Notes: generated by a model not told the origin, from the sequence alone. Positions 1 to 9,626 are shown, numbered from the stretch's first letter. The stretch: DNA of 50,164 bases from a virus (IMGVR_UViG_3300014204_006419); one strand, 5' to 3'. Program-made: numbers and translations.

Positions 1-3000
1 ACTGTCATTGCTTGCATAACGGATATATTGGATTCCGTTTAGGTTGAGTTGAATTGGTGCGCTGTAGGTAGTTGTTGGTGTGCAAGTATTCGTGGTGTCA
101 TTGCAGTATTTGGTGATATTGCAAGGACTGTTTCCTGGTGCACAAGATAATGTAACGTTCACGTATGAGCCATTAGTCCAAGTATTGAATGTATACGAAC
201 CTCCTGTGCTATTTACTGCGGTGGCGGTTGTTGTTGGTGCAGTTGTTCCTATCTGGATTGTCTGATTATTTGTTGTTTCTATATTAGAAACATTGTCGTT
301 GCTGAAGTATCTTATATACGAAACATTTGACATATTTATCCTGAATGTTCCAGAGTAAGTTGTACTAGGTGTACATGTGTTCGTGGTGTCATTACAATAT
401 TTGGTGATGTTGCAGCCACTCCCATTCCCGTCACTGCACGATAATGTTACATTTACATATGGGCTGCTAGTCCAAGTTCCGAATGTGTAATTTGAACTGT
501 CATTTTTGATTGCCGTTGCAGTAGTTGTTGGAGCCACATTGTCAATTTTAAGCGTCTGATTATTTGTTGTTTCTATATTTCCCGCAGTATCATTACTTGA
601 GTACCTGATATATTGCGTACCCGCTGTTGAAATCTGCACGGAATAACTATAGGTAGTATTTGGCATACATGAATTATCCGTATCCAAACAATACTTGGTT
701 ACGTTACATCCAGAAATTGCATCAGAGCAACTTAATGTTACATTTACGTAAGAACTGTTTGTCCAAGTTCCGAATGTGTAATTTGAACTGTCATTTTTGA
801 TTGCTGTTGCGGTTGTTGTTGGGGTTGCTGTGTCTATCTTAATTGAATTGCTTTTGTTCCAATATATTCCTTCTTCATAGAAATCCCATTGTCCTCCAGT
901 TCTAGTTCCACCTAAAAAAACTGAATAATCTGATTTGCAGAAATACTTTACATAGTTCCAATCTATGAATGTTCCACTGCGTACCTCGAAGTATATTTTA
1001 TCTGGGTATTCATTCCAACATTCTGAAGGAATTGTATAATTACGTATACCATCTTCGTCTTTTGCTCGCCAAATTCCGTTCTGAACTCCAGTTGTAGGTT
1101 TTGAATATGTTACATACATTGTTCCAGAATATGAATATGTATCCCAATCTCCGTCATACACATTAGTCTCATTTTCCCAAGAATCATACGGAAAATCTGG
1201 ATTATAAAAGCTGTAATTCCCAGTTGATAATCCTCCGCAGGCAGTTGAAACATTTGCTGTTTCTTGGTAACATATTGAATTTACTGTTTCATTATTCCCT
1301 ATAGTATCATTACTCATGTAACGAAGGTACTGTGTTCCTGTGAGGTTTATTTTTATTTGTGTGGAGTAAGTTACGTTCGGAGTGCATGTGTTTGTAGTGT
1401 CATTACAGTATAATGTAGTGTTGCATCCTGTTCCCGCATCGGTACAATTAAGAGTTACATTTACGTAAGAACTGTTTGTCCAAGTTCCGAATGTGTAATT
1501 TGAACTGTCATTTTTGATTGCCGTTGCAGTAGTTGTTGGCGCGATATTATCTATTGCATTGCCAGTTAGACTTACTGTTGCACTTGAAATATTCCAATAC
1601 ATTCCTTCTTCAAATATAGTTGCGTTCTCGCAGGAATAACCTTGTAATTTTGCCCAGCCAGTTCCTGCAGTGTATCCAACTCCAGTATCCCAATTTCCGT
1701 CGTATATTTCACTTATGTTGTGACTTGTATCTAATCCACACGAACCCGTAGTGCTTGAATAATTAGTCGTAGTTAACTTCCATGTAGTTCCGTTGTAACA
1801 TTCACCCCAAGATTGAGTTTTAGTGCTTTTGTTACTGAAAAATCTTAATTGTAGTACACTTGGGTTTTGAGACCAGCAATCGGATAAGATAGTTGCGTTA
1901 TATAAGTATCCTGTTCCACTACTAATATTACGTCCGTGTTTTACTTGCCATAATGAATCTGATTGTGCTCCTACTGGAATGCTATAATTTATGTAAATAT
2001 AGTTGTTATCTGATGAATAATTTCCTGTAGCGAGTCCACCGCACGTAGTTGAAACATTTGCTGTTTCTTGGTAACACATTCCTGGTGTGAAATTAGATGT
2101 TCCGTTAGTTCCTGTGCAAGTATATCCTGCTGGACATGTATCAAAATCTGATGCGTTGTATGTAGTATTCAACATTGAAATTAGCATTCCCCAAGTCAAA
2201 TTCATTTGCTCGGTCTTGTTTGGTGAACCTGCCCACCCGCTTAGAGCTTTTGTTATGTTGTTTCCGTTTGCTCCCTGAGTAATTGTATTTGTCGTTCCTG
2301 CTGCAATCGAAGAAACACTGTGATTTGTAGTATTGCAAGTCCATCCAGAAACACATCCGATAATTCCGCTTACGTTTGCATAAGTTGAAGTAGTTGATGG
2401 ATTAGTCAATGCACAGTTTCTGCTTAGATATTGCTTTGTTACGTTACTAGTGTGGCTAGAATCTTGAATATAATTATTTATTCCTGTACAATTGCTAGTT
2501 GGTGAACTCATGTTCCAAAATATTGTATAATTCCATTCTGTTCTGTTGCATAAGAATTGAACATGCGTATTATTTGCACTGTAGAAGGTTATGTTTCCTG
2601 CGGTTCCGTTCTGTACCCATACGTTTGAATCTCCAGAAATTCTATCTGTTTGCATTGAATTGAAATAACATCCCATGCCTTGGTCGTATGGGTCTGTAGG
2701 GATAGTCACATTCGCAGAATAGACTACCGAACTTCCTACGGTTGCATTTGAATATTGAGTTGGTGAACTATAGGTTATATTGAATACCCAATTTTGCTCT
2801 CCGCTCGTAGCGTTTATCTTTGAAATTTCACCTAAGTCTCCAGTGGAATATAAATTGTCCCCATCCAAGAATAGTCCATAACTATTTGGTGTAGTTATTC
2901 CGTATTTTCCCCAAATTGTTGTTCCATTGCTTTTGTATGTTTTAGATATAGTTCCACCAGCATATCCAATGTAGCAGTAGGTTGAATCACAGGCTAATCC

Positions 3001-4176
3001 GTATGCTTGGTCATTTACAGGTCGATAGTTTGTACTCCAGATTATTGTCCCGTTGCTTTGATAAAGTTTGTATAAATATCCTGCACCGCTCGTTCCAAAA
3101 CAATATGTTCCATCACAATAAATCTTGGTTCCAAATGACCCCCAAAGAGTATTGTCTACATTTGTTTCCCAGACAATTGAACCATTGCTTTCATATGCTT
3201 TTGAGAAATTAGTTCCTGCGGTATAACAATATGTTCCGTCACAATAGATTCCGTTTATCGTATTAAAATATGCACTTCCGTTGTGCTGATTGATTATATT
3301 CCAAACTACACTTCCGTTGCTTATGTATAGTTTAGTAAGGTTTAGATTTGTAAATGAACCTGATGGAGTATAGCAATAGGTTGCATCACAATATATTCCA
3401 TTCTTTCCATAATAACTTGGACTTCCGATGTTTGCGGATGTCCATATCGTTGTACCGTTTGTTTTGTATATTTTTTTAACCGTTATCGAAGTTCGCACGT
3501 AGCAGTAGGTTGAATCACAATAAAGTCCTTCTGCACCGTCACTTCCAATGTCTACAGTTATTGAACCTGGATGTAAGGTGTTATCTCCCGCCCATAATAC
3601 ACTTCCGTTACTCTCATATATCTTAGAGATTACGTTGAATGCGGCGGTTGCAAAACAGTACGTTCCATCACAGAATATCTCTTGACCTTCTGTGTTATAT
3701 CCAACCATCTCCGCTGGACTTACGGGATAAGTTTTTGAATAATTTATTGCTTGACTTTTTGTTGTTTCCCAATTTCCTGATGAATCATTACTTCTATATC
3801 GTATGAATTGTGTTTGTATTGGCGAATAATATCCATCAAAATCTATTTGGTGTAGTTCTCCTGCGTTTCCATTGCAATATCCAATAACTGGAGTACATGT
3901 ATTTGTTGTATCAATGCAACATGCAGTGTAATTGCAATCTCCTGCACAGGTTAGGTTAATCGCTATTCCTATTGAAGAGGTAGTTGTATTAAAAATGTAA
4001 TTTTCAGATTGAGTTGTCAATATACCTTTATATGCGGTTGCTGTTGTTGTTGGTGTAACTGCAAAACTCAATCCAGAAAGTAGAATCAATCCAAATAACG
4101 CAAAGAGTATCAACTGTCTTGGACAGACTCGGCTGACGCTAGAAGATTTCTCCAAACTTGTTAGTCTATCAGCCAA
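1..4176 (-). CDS. Very large secreted or surface glycoprotein (>1392 aa, 3' end beyond the window): signal peptide, 7-repeat beta-propeller-like region, two CYQETANVSTxCGGL modules and about 5 Cys-containing Ig-like repeats
   Basis: Manual translation from TTG at 4176 (GAGGGG RBS). Same frame open at all spot checks (4176-3180, 3120-2820, 2701, 1981, 1201, 1-90). Hydrophobic N-terminus LILFALFGLILLSGLSFA, repeats IYCDGTYCY..K.Y.SNG..(V/I)W, many NxS/T sequons. Probably absent from the ORF track because there is no stop in the window. Confidence 0.9.
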   Translation of the reverse strand, partial: MADRLTSLEKSSSVSRVCPRQLILFALFGLILLSGLSFAVTPTTTATAYKGILTTQSENYIFNTTTSSIGIAINLTCAGDCNYTACCIDTTNTCTPVIGYCNGNAGELHQIDFDGYYSPIQTQFIRYRSNDSSGNWETTKSQAINYSKTYPVSPAEMVGYNTEGQEIFCDGTYCFATAAFNVISKIYESNGSVLWAGDNTLHPGSITVDIGSDGAEGLYCDSTYCYVRTSITVKKIYKTNGTTIWTSANIGSPSYYGKNGIYCDATYCYTPSGSFTNLNLTKLYISNGSVVWNIINQHNGSAYFNTINGIYCDGTYCYTAGTNFSKAYESNGSIVWETNVDNTLWGSFGTKIYCDGTYCFGTSGAGYLYKLYQSNGTIIWSTNYRPVNDQAYGLACDSTYCYIGYAGGTISKTYKSNGTTIWGKYGITTPNSYGLFLDGDNLYSTGDLGEISKINATSGEQNWVFNITYSSPTQYSNATVGSSVVYSANVTIPTDPYDQGMGCYFNSMQTDRISGDSNVWVQNGTAGNITFYSANNTHVQFLCNRTEWNYTIFWNMSSPTSNCTGINNYIQDSSHTSNVTKQYLSRNCALTNPSTTSTYANVSGIIGCVSGWTCNTTNHSVSSIAAGTTNTITQGANGNNITKALSGWAGSPNKTEQMNLTWGMLISMLNTTYNASDFDTCPAGYTCTGTNGTSNFTPGMCYQETANVSTTCGGLATGNYSSDNNYIYINYSIPVGAQSDSLWQVKHGRNISSGTGYLYNATILSDCWSQNPSVLQLRFFSNKSTKTQSWGECYNGTTWKLTTTNYSSTTGSCGLDTSHNISEIYDGNWDTGVGYTAGTGWAKLQGYSCENATIFEEGMYWNISSATVSLTGNAIDNIAPTTTATAIKNDSSNYTFGTWTNSSYVNVTLNCTDAGTGCNTTLYCNDTTNTCTPNVTYSTQIKINLTGTQYLRYMSNDTIGNNETVNSICYQETANVSTACGGLSTGNYSFYNPDFPYDSWENETNVYDGDWDTYSYSGTMYVTYSKPTTGVQNGIWRAKDEDGIRNYTIPSECWNEYPDKIYFEVRSGTFIDWNYVKYFCKSDYSVFLGGTRTGGQWDFYEEGIYWNKSNSIKIDTATPTTTATAIKNDSSNYTFGTWTNSSYVNVTLSCSDAISGCNVTKYCLDTDNSCMPNTTYSYSVQISTAGTQYIRYSSNDTAGNIETTNNQTLKIDNVAPTTTATAIKNDSSNYTFGTWTSSPYVNVTLSCSDGNGSGCNITKYCNDTTNTCTPSTTYSGTFRINMSNVSYIRYFSNDNVSNIETTNNQTIQIGTTAPTTTATAVNSTGGSYTFNTWTNGSYVNVTLSCAPGNSPCNITKYCNDTTNTCTPTTTYSAPIQLNLNGIQYIRYASNDS
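472..1540. repeat. Three near-identical ~60-bp intragenic repeats (about 472-533, 761-822, 1479-1540) in the Ig-like modules
   Basis: GTCCAAGTTCCGAATGTGTAATTTGAACTGTCATTTTTGATTGC occurs three times. Confidence 0.9.
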
Positions 4177-4194
4177 ATCTATCCCCTCTGGTGT

Positions 4195-4257
4195 TTATCT
4201 CCTTCCGCGTTTCTTATGTGCCTTCCTCTTTGGGGCTTTCCTGCGTGTCTTAGCCAT
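4195..4257 (-). CDS. 20-aa highly basic peptide MAKTRRKAPKRKAHKKRGRR (protamine-like)
   Basis: GGAGGT RBS just upstream of the ATG; fills the gap between two genes; 12 of 20 residues are K or R. Confidence 0.7.
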   Translation of the reverse strand: MAKTRRKAPKRKAHKKRGRR

Positions 4258-4261
4258 TTTT

Positions 4262-4474
4262 CTACCTCCTTTCTTTTCTTTCGCGCACCGCACGAGCATG
4301 TTCAAATTTCCGTTTAGTTGACGGTTTGAGTTTCTTCCATATTGAACCAGTTACTTCTCTAGCAACTTTTTCTGCTTTCAATTCGTCTTCTAGTTTTTTG
4401 TGATAGTAGCGATAAACTTGTGGATATACATCTTCGTAGAATTCAAGAGTAGGTCGTCTTGGCATTTCAATCAA
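4262..4474 (-). CDS. Small basic hypothetical protein
   Basis: ORF track; operon-like packing. Confidence 0.65.
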   Translation of the reverse strand: MIEMPRRPTLEFYEDVYPQVYRYYHKKLEDELKAEKVAREVTGSIWKKLKPSTKRKFEHARAVRERKERR

Positions 4475-4690
4475 CTCGGTTCCTCGCGGTTATATTCTGC
4501 CCTACTCGTTTGCAATCCGTCGGAAATTCCTTGCTGAAGTTAGAATTAAAAGTACTTTGTTTTCTTGCCATGCGTTCACCTTGTCTTTCTTTTAATTCGG
4601 TTCATTATCTTCGCGTACTCTACTTCGGTTATAAGATGCTTGTGCCTGAGTTCTTGTGCCTTATGAATATATCCAACGTATCCACCCATT

Positions 4691-4918
4691 TCAACCACCA
4701 TAGAGCTTGTGCTTCAATCTTCTTCGCATTATGTCAACGTCTTCCAATATAATTCCGACAGTTTTTGTTTGCCATTTGATGTGCTTTCCTTCTTTGTCCT
4801 TGACTCCGCGCACTTCGAATTCTTCTTTCTTGTGTGAAATTGCGTCGTGATATTCATTTTCTAGTGCGAAATATGCTTTGTCATTTCGAGCCAAAAACAA
4901 TGCGTCGTAGCACTTCAC
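4691..4918 (-). CDS. Hypothetical protein
   Basis: ORF track; GGTGG RBS and TTTTTAAA promoter-like site at about 4962-4969. Confidence 0.6.
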   Translation of the reverse strand: MKCYDALFLARNDKAYFALENEYHDAISHKKEEFEVRGVKDKEGKHIKWQTKTVGIILEDVDIMRRRLKHKLYGG

Positions 4919-4994
4919 GTTTTTCCACCTTGTTATTCCTGACGGCTTTTAGCTTCCGCTGTTTAAAAAGATTTCGGTTTGCTAAAAAATAGAA

Positions 4995-5240
4995 CTACTG
5001 AATCGAATCGCAAATTATATCTGGTACGCAGTATATTTCCCCGCACCTACATTTTTTGCAACGTCGGTATCCTTCTGATTCTGCTTGTTTCTCTTCAGCA
5101 TCGTCCAACATGTGTCCCATCGCTTCTTCTGCTTTTTCTTGATTGTGAATGTCACATCCGCAGTGATAGCATCCGCTGAACGATAAATGCATTATCTTTC
5201 CTTTCTTTGGTTTGATGTATCCGTTTATTGGGTCTTTCAT
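4995..5240 (-). CDS. Small Cys/His-rich zinc-binding protein
   Basis: CYHCGC and CKKCRC motifs. Confidence 0.6.
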   Translation of the reverse strand: MKDPINGYIKPKKGKIMHLSFSGCYHCGCDIHNQEKAEEAMGHMLDDAEEKQAESEGYRRCKKCRCGEIYCVPDIICDSIQ

Positions 5241-5249
5241 GTTTTTGCC

Positions 5250-5696
5250 TCAGTCTACAAATATCGCTCTATCTCCAAACTCGAAAATCTGGTGGAATTT
5301 CTTGTAGTCCAACAGTCTTAGCATACTCACATCTTCGAGTTCCAGTTTAACTCCTGTCCTGACTGATTCTTCCATTTTCTTTCCCCAGATTGATTCCCAC
5401 TTTAACGCCTTATCTCTGGCTTCTTCTTCAGTCTTGGTATTCTCATTCTTCTCGAAGTGAGAAACCATTTTGATTTCTCCTTTGTTCCAGATTTCAGTTT
5501 CAAATCTCTGGAATGCGTGAGAGTAGTTTGTCCTCACGATTATCTTGTTCTTTTCCAACAGCTCGGACTGAAATTGAGAGATAAACGTGTAGTCGTCTTT
5601 TCCTGTGATTGTGTCTAACGCTGCGATTCCTAACGCCTTGATTGTTCTAAGGAAAAGCATATCTTTGTATCTCGAAGGTTCTTTTTGTTTTTCCAA
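5250..5696 (-). CDS. Hypothetical protein
   Basis: ORF track; tight packing. Confidence 0.7.
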   Translation of the reverse strand: MEKQKEPSRYKDMLFLRTIKALGIAALDTITGKDDYTFISQFQSELLEKNKIIVRTNYSHAFQRFETEIWNKGEIKMVSHFEKNENTKTEEEARDKALKWESIWGKKMEESVRTGVKLELEDVSMLRLLDYKKFHQIFEFGDRAIFVD

Positions 5697-5700
5697 CTAA

Positions 5701-6057
5701 TCATCTATTTATCGGATTTGGATATAGATTCCCTCTAGGGCAGGCACACCAAATCGTGTTCTGCGTGTATCCCTGATATTTGATATTCACTTGGTAAAGC
5801 ATCTTGTTCCCGAAGACCTTGTTGTATGCTGGGTAATTTACACAGCTTGTCGGGCAGGTCATTCTCGCTACCGCATTGTACTGATAACCGCAGCTCAAAC
5901 TTGGTTGTGCCATTGGCTTCTGGCTTCCCAAGCAGGAATAATCTCCGACCTTTCCAGTCCATACTGGTTGACATCCATTCCAAACCCATCCGCATCCTGC
6001 TGTTGCAATCATTGAAAACATCAAGACTGCACTCATTAGATTCAACATTTTACCCAT
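5701..6057 (-). CDS. Cys-rich exported protein or possible lipoprotein
   Basis: Signal-like N-terminus ending IATAGC (lipobox-like); 8 Cys. Confidence 0.65.
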   Translation of the reverse strand: MGKMLNLMSAVLMFSMIATAGCGWVWNGCQPVWTGKVGDYSCLGSQKPMAQPSLSCGYQYNAVARMTCPTSCVNYPAYNKVFGNKMLYQVNIKYQGYTQNTIWCACPRGNLYPNPINR

Positions 6058-6075
6058 GTTTTATCCCCCTTTAAT

Positions 6076-6312
6076 TTATTTTTTGGTTGGTTCTCTCTTG
6101 TTGCTTAAATGAAAAGAATCACAGATTTCACATTTAAAATAAAATGTCTTTATCGAACGCTTCTTGTTCAGTTCTACTATCTTTTCACATTCTTCCCAGG
6201 TTCGCATTGTGTGTGGTCTTTTGTATACATAGCATAGTCCATTAGAGAATCTTGCTTTTGGCTCTTCTTTTTCATCGCAGAGTTCTTCGTAGCGTTTCGG
6301 TTCGTCAGCCAT
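6076..6312 (-). CDS. Small protein with C-terminal CxxC..H zinc-ribbon motif
   Basis: YFKCEICDSFHLS. Confidence 0.6.
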   Translation of the reverse strand: MADEPKRYEELCDEKEEPKARFSNGLCYVYKRPHTMRTWEECEKIVELNKKRSIKTFYFKCEICDSFHLSNKREPTKK

Positions 6313-7153
6313 CTAAATCCCATTCTTTTCCGTCATATGTTCTGTACGCGAATATGTCTACGTCTACATTTGTGTCTCCGATATTTTTAATTGCAGTAGT
6401 CTCTATCAGACAGTAACCGCTGTATTCATAGCTTTCTTTATCTGAACATTTTATTCCTGCAACTACGTGGTACATATCTGGAACGTCAATCACTGCAGAA
6501 CCGTACCCTAATTCTCCTAGCACTAATGCAAGCAAGCGGGCTTTCTCTGAGCAAACTCCAGTCTTGTCAACTAGAACTTCGTATGGGTAGCGGTTCTTGA
6601 AATCGAATTCGTGCGGGTCATCGGGATTTGTCTTGTTGTTGAAACTATCCCAATCGTATGGAATATTTTGAATTATGTTGACTGCAATTTTTACTTGTTC
6701 CCTCGAATCGTTTGAGAATTTCTTAATGGTATCAACTAGCGGTTGTACTAGCTTTTTCTGTTCAAAATCCGTCGTTGGCAAGATTAATCCATTCTTGACC
6801 CAATCCCCATATCTTCCGTAATCTTTGTATGTGGTGTTCTCTTTGTATAAGAAACACGTGCAGGTACTGTTTGTAGTACATAGCATACTGCATCTAATTC
6901 CATCGTCTGGAGTTGCTGTTGGTGAAGGAGTAGAAACGTTTTGTGTTTGGGCAGAAATGTTTTCTTCTTTGAATTCTATTTTTGGCATAGAGTTGTATTG
7001 AATTACATATGTATATTCTTCTTGGTCTACCTTTATTTGAGGCGAATCGTTTTGTTCTTGTGGTGCTGCAATTGGTGTTTGAAACGTTGAGAATAATTCT
7101 ACTGCTATGAAAGCGAAGCAGAGTCCGTATGCAAAATATGATTTTATAGTCAT
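6305..7153 (-). CDS. Membrane-anchored transglutaminase-like (Cys-His-acid) domain protein
   Basis: N-terminal TM/signal; GVCSEKARLLALVL, YHVVAGI and YCLIETT motifs typical of archaeal transglutaminase-like proteins. Confidence 0.8.
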   Translation of the reverse strand: MTIKSYFAYGLCFAFIAVELFSTFQTPIAAPQEQNDSPQIKVDQEEYTYVIQYNSMPKIEFKEENISAQTQNVSTPSPTATPDDGIRCSMLCTTNSTCTCFLYKENTTYKDYGRYGDWVKNGLILPTTDFEQKKLVQPLVDTIKKFSNDSREQVKIAVNIIQNIPYDWDSFNNKTNPDDPHEFDFKNRYPYEVLVDKTGVCSEKARLLALVLGELGYGSAVIDVPDMYHVVAGIKCSDKESYEYSGYCLIETTAIKNIGDTNVDVDIFAYRTYDGKEWDLDG

Positions 7154-7157
7154 ACTC

Positions 7158-7448
7158 TCACCAGCTTATGAATAGCTCTATTTCACCTTCTTCTACTAGA
7201 GCATTCTTTATCGCTTCGATTTCTTTACTATATTTCATCACTACTTCGTGAGATGTTTCTGATAGCTTCTTTTCAAAATCTGACTTTTGAATAAATATGT
7301 GACTAGATTTGCCTGGCACGTCAATCTTATTGTCACGGCACATCCAAATTGCAAAGTCGAAACCACTTGCGATTGTTTTGTAAGTAACTAGCCTAATCGT
7401 AGTGCTCATTTTAATCAAGCTCCTTAGCCTTTGCTTCGTAGGTCTCAA
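7158..7448 (-). CDS. Hypothetical protein
   Basis: ORF track. Confidence 0.6.
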   Translation of the reverse strand: MRPTKQRLRSLIKMSTTIRLVTYKTIASGFDFAIWMCRDNKIDVPGKSSHIFIQKSDFEKKLSETSHEVVMKYSKEIEAIKNALVEEGEIELFISW

Positions 7449-7611
7449 TTAAATTTGAGTAGAGATACGTAATCGAGGTTTCTCCTAGTCTATCAAATCT
7501 GTTCTTTCGTTCATTCAGGTCAGAGATAATTTCGGCTATTGCCATCTTGTATCCCTGCTTTAGCCCATCTGCGAAATCCTCTCCCACAATTCTCAACCCC
7601 ACGAGAGTCAT
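7411..7611 (-). CDS. Hypothetical protein (true start probably downstream of the leader hairpin)
   Basis: ORF track; the listed ATG lies in the hairpin loop. Confidence 0.55.
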   Translation of the reverse strand: MTLVGLRIVGEDFADGLKQGYKMAIAEIISDLNERKNRFDRLGETSITYLYSNLIETYEAKAKELD

Positions 7612-7662
7612 CTCTCGTAATGTATTCTCTTATGAACCTACTACTATATAAAGGTATCGTTT
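7601..7662 (-). promoter_or_regulatory. Archaeal-type promoter (TTTATATA) plus leader hairpin, copy 1
   Basis: Minus strand AAACGATACCTTTATATAGTAGTAGGTTCATAAG, then ACGAGAG-ATGA-CTCTCGT; nearly identical to 21665-21725. Confidence 0.85.
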
Positions 7663-7942
7663 AAAGGTATCTTCTTGGCATATATTTATCCATACGATTT
7701 GTGCCTAGTTCGTGACCCCAGCATCGGTAGCATTTCAACGTCTTCGGGTTGTCGCTCAAAAGTGGTTCTCCACAAACAATGCAGAGTAATCCACGTTCAA
7801 GTAGTTTTCTCTTAGTAGTTGCAGCAATTTCTGCTCTATGCGTTGCCTTGTACTGCTTTGCGTACCGCTTCTTCCTTGCTATGAATTCTGGGTCATTCTT
7901 GGCTTTCCAGCGATTGTGCATCATCTGCGAATAAGTAGACAT
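7661..7942 (-). CDS. Basic W..DPEF-motif protein with C-terminal zinc finger
   Basis: Likely start MSTYSQMMHNRWKAKNDPEF at 7942; CIVC and CYRC pairs. Confidence 0.65.
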   Translation of the reverse strand: MSTYSQMMHNRWKAKNDPEFIARKKRYAKQYKATHRAEIAATTKRKLLERGLLCIVCGEPLLSDNPKTLKCYRCWGHELGTNRMDKYMPRRYL

Positions 7943-7943
7943 T

Positions 7944-8057
7944 TTATCCCTTCTTGACTCTTGCGCGAGATTGCGCTCTTGCTTCTTTGACTCGTTTTGC
8001 AAACTCTGGGTCGTGTTGCTTTTTCCAACGAATTCTCATCATTCTTGAAAATGTCAA
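7944..8057 (-). CDS. 37-aa basic W..DPEF-motif peptide
   Basis: Manual translation MTFSRMMRIRWKKQHDPEFAKRVKEARAQSRARVKKG; paralogous to the next gene's N-terminus. Confidence 0.65.
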   Translation of the reverse strand: MTFSRMMRIRWKKQHDPEFAKRVKEARAQSRARVKKG

Positions 8058-8291
8058 TCAAATCCCCTTGTTAACAATTGTTCTCAATCCAGTTCCAGGA
8101 CTTAGATTTCCGAGCGTAACGAATGACTTGTACCTCACTTCACTTCCTGGTGGTTTATCTTCTGCCCTCAATCTAGTATTCTCCATTTCTAGTCTTCGAT
8201 TCTTTATTTCAAGTTCGGAGTTTGCCACGCGAAGCATACTATTCTCGTTCTTCAAATCTCGAATCTCTTTCTCAGAGTTCGTCGTAATCAA
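8058..8291 (-). CDS. Coiled-coil hypothetical protein
   Basis: Heptad pattern. Confidence 0.6.
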   Translation of the reverse strand: MITTNSEKEIRDLKNENSMLRVANSELEIKNRRLEMENTRLRAEDKPPGSEVRYKSFVTLGNLSPGTGLRTIVNKGI

Positions 8292-8319
8292 AGTCCCACC
8301 CCGCTATTGTCGAGTATGC

Positions 8320-8622
8320 TCAAAGTTGTTGCGTATGTTCGTAATCTGGAATCGAAGAATCATTTCCAAAAATGTCCCAGTCTTCTTCTCCTGGCTTTGA
8401 ATATATTGCTTCGAAAATAAATCCGATAATGTAGAAGATTGGTGAGAAAATTATGAACACTGGAATCAGCAATATAGCAGCTAGAATTCCGAAAAGCATG
8501 AAACCTAGAGAGGCGATACCTACGTAGTTCTGAAACATTTTCTTTATGTCCATCGCATCACCTTTCAAAAATTTGATATGCTTTCTTCTTTGGCTTTTTC
8601 TTGGTTTTCTTTTTTCCTGCAA
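8320..8622 (-). CDS. Small membrane protein
   Basis: Long hydrophobic stretch. Confidence 0.6.
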   Translation of the reverse strand: MQEKRKPRKSQRRKHIKFLKGDAMDIKKMFQNYVGIASLGFMLFGILAAILLIPVFIIFSPIFYIIGFIFEAIYSKPGEEDWDIFGNDSSIPDYEHTQQL

Positions 8623-8681
8623 ATGAGATAGTTCCTTTCTTGGTTTTAAACGTAATCTTTTCAGCCATATCGTTACACCGA

Positions 8682-9626
8682 TTACTTCTTGTCTTCGTTA
8701 CTTATAATCTTTTCGCCTTGGACATTCTTTTGAATTGCTTTCAGTGTCTTGAGTGTTTCATTCTGAACATCTAGTGCTCTTTGTTCTACTTCTAAGTGGA
8801 GTTTGATGTACTTGTTGTATTCAGCAAATCCTTCAAGACCCTTTTCTATCAATTCAGTTCTCTTATCCATCTCGGCAATCGTGAGTGGAGCTTTCGTGAG
8901 AAGATAATCGAATATCTTTGCAACTTCGGTTGGCTTGTTCTTAGAGAATCCTGGTGCTGGGTTTATTTCCATGTTATCTGGGTCTGAAAGGTCAATCTTC
9001 ATTAGGGTCTCTGCGATAATCTTTGGTTTCTTTCTTATGTCCATTTTATTCTCTGCAATCTTGCTTGCTGGCTTGTCGTTTAGTATCCATTCTACTCCGT
9101 CATACCAGCGTGAGAAAGTAAGGGTAACTGCGTATTTATTTCCGATTTCTTGTGCGAGATTCAGAATTGCTCCCTTGCTGTTGTTGATTATTTCTTGTAC
9201 TGTTGTACCTGTGAAACTCTTGAGCCAGATAGATGCTTTGCCTCTTCCTAGTCTCACGGTGTATTCGCGTTCTTTTATTGTTGTAATTCCTCTGCTATCT
9301 CTTCTTGTGTGTGGAGTTCCTATGAGAATGAAGGATGCACCAAATCTGTGTGGGAGTAGATTGGGTTTTAGGTGTGCGAGACTGCCTAGACTAGTGTGGG
9401 GTTCGAGTTGAGTCTTTATTCTCCAAAAAGCAGGACTCCTGTTTGTGCGTTCAATCTTTCCTTCTCTCTCGAATCTCTTGGCGTATTTTCTCACTAATGT
9501 TTCAGAACAAGGTATGTGTTTTGCTATCTTAGATTGGTTCCATCCTTCAATCAATAAGCGGTAGACTCGCACGCTTGTTTCAAGTGTGTGGTGCGAACTA
9601 GTTTTTGAGATAGAATCGTTTGACAT
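8682..9626 (-). CDS. Winged-helix DNA-binding protein with uncharacterised C-terminal domain and coiled tail
   Basis: N-terminal HTH/wHTH pattern LLIEGWNQSKIAKHIPCSETLVRKYAKRFEREGKIER. Confidence 0.65.
   Translation of the reverse strand: MSNDSISKTSSHHTLETSVRVYRLLIEGWNQSKIAKHIPCSETLVRKYAKRFEREGKIERTNRSPAFWRIKTQLEPHTSLGSLAHLKPNLLPHRFGASFILIGTPHTRRDSRGITTIKEREYTVRLGRGKASIWLKSFTGTTVQEIINNSKGAILNLAQEIGNKYAVTLTFSRWYDGVEWILNDKPASKIAENKMDIRKKPKIIAETLMKIDLSDPDNMEINPAPGFSKNKPTEVAKIFDYLLTKAPLTIAEMDKRTELIEKGLEGFAEYNKYIKLHLEVEQRALDVQNETLKTLKAIQKNVQGEKIISNEDKK

Noticed and set aside
472-1540. Diversity-generating retroelement TR/VR pair
   Set aside because: Repeats are in-frame domain duplications without adenine-specific mismatches, and no reverse transcriptase is visible in the window.
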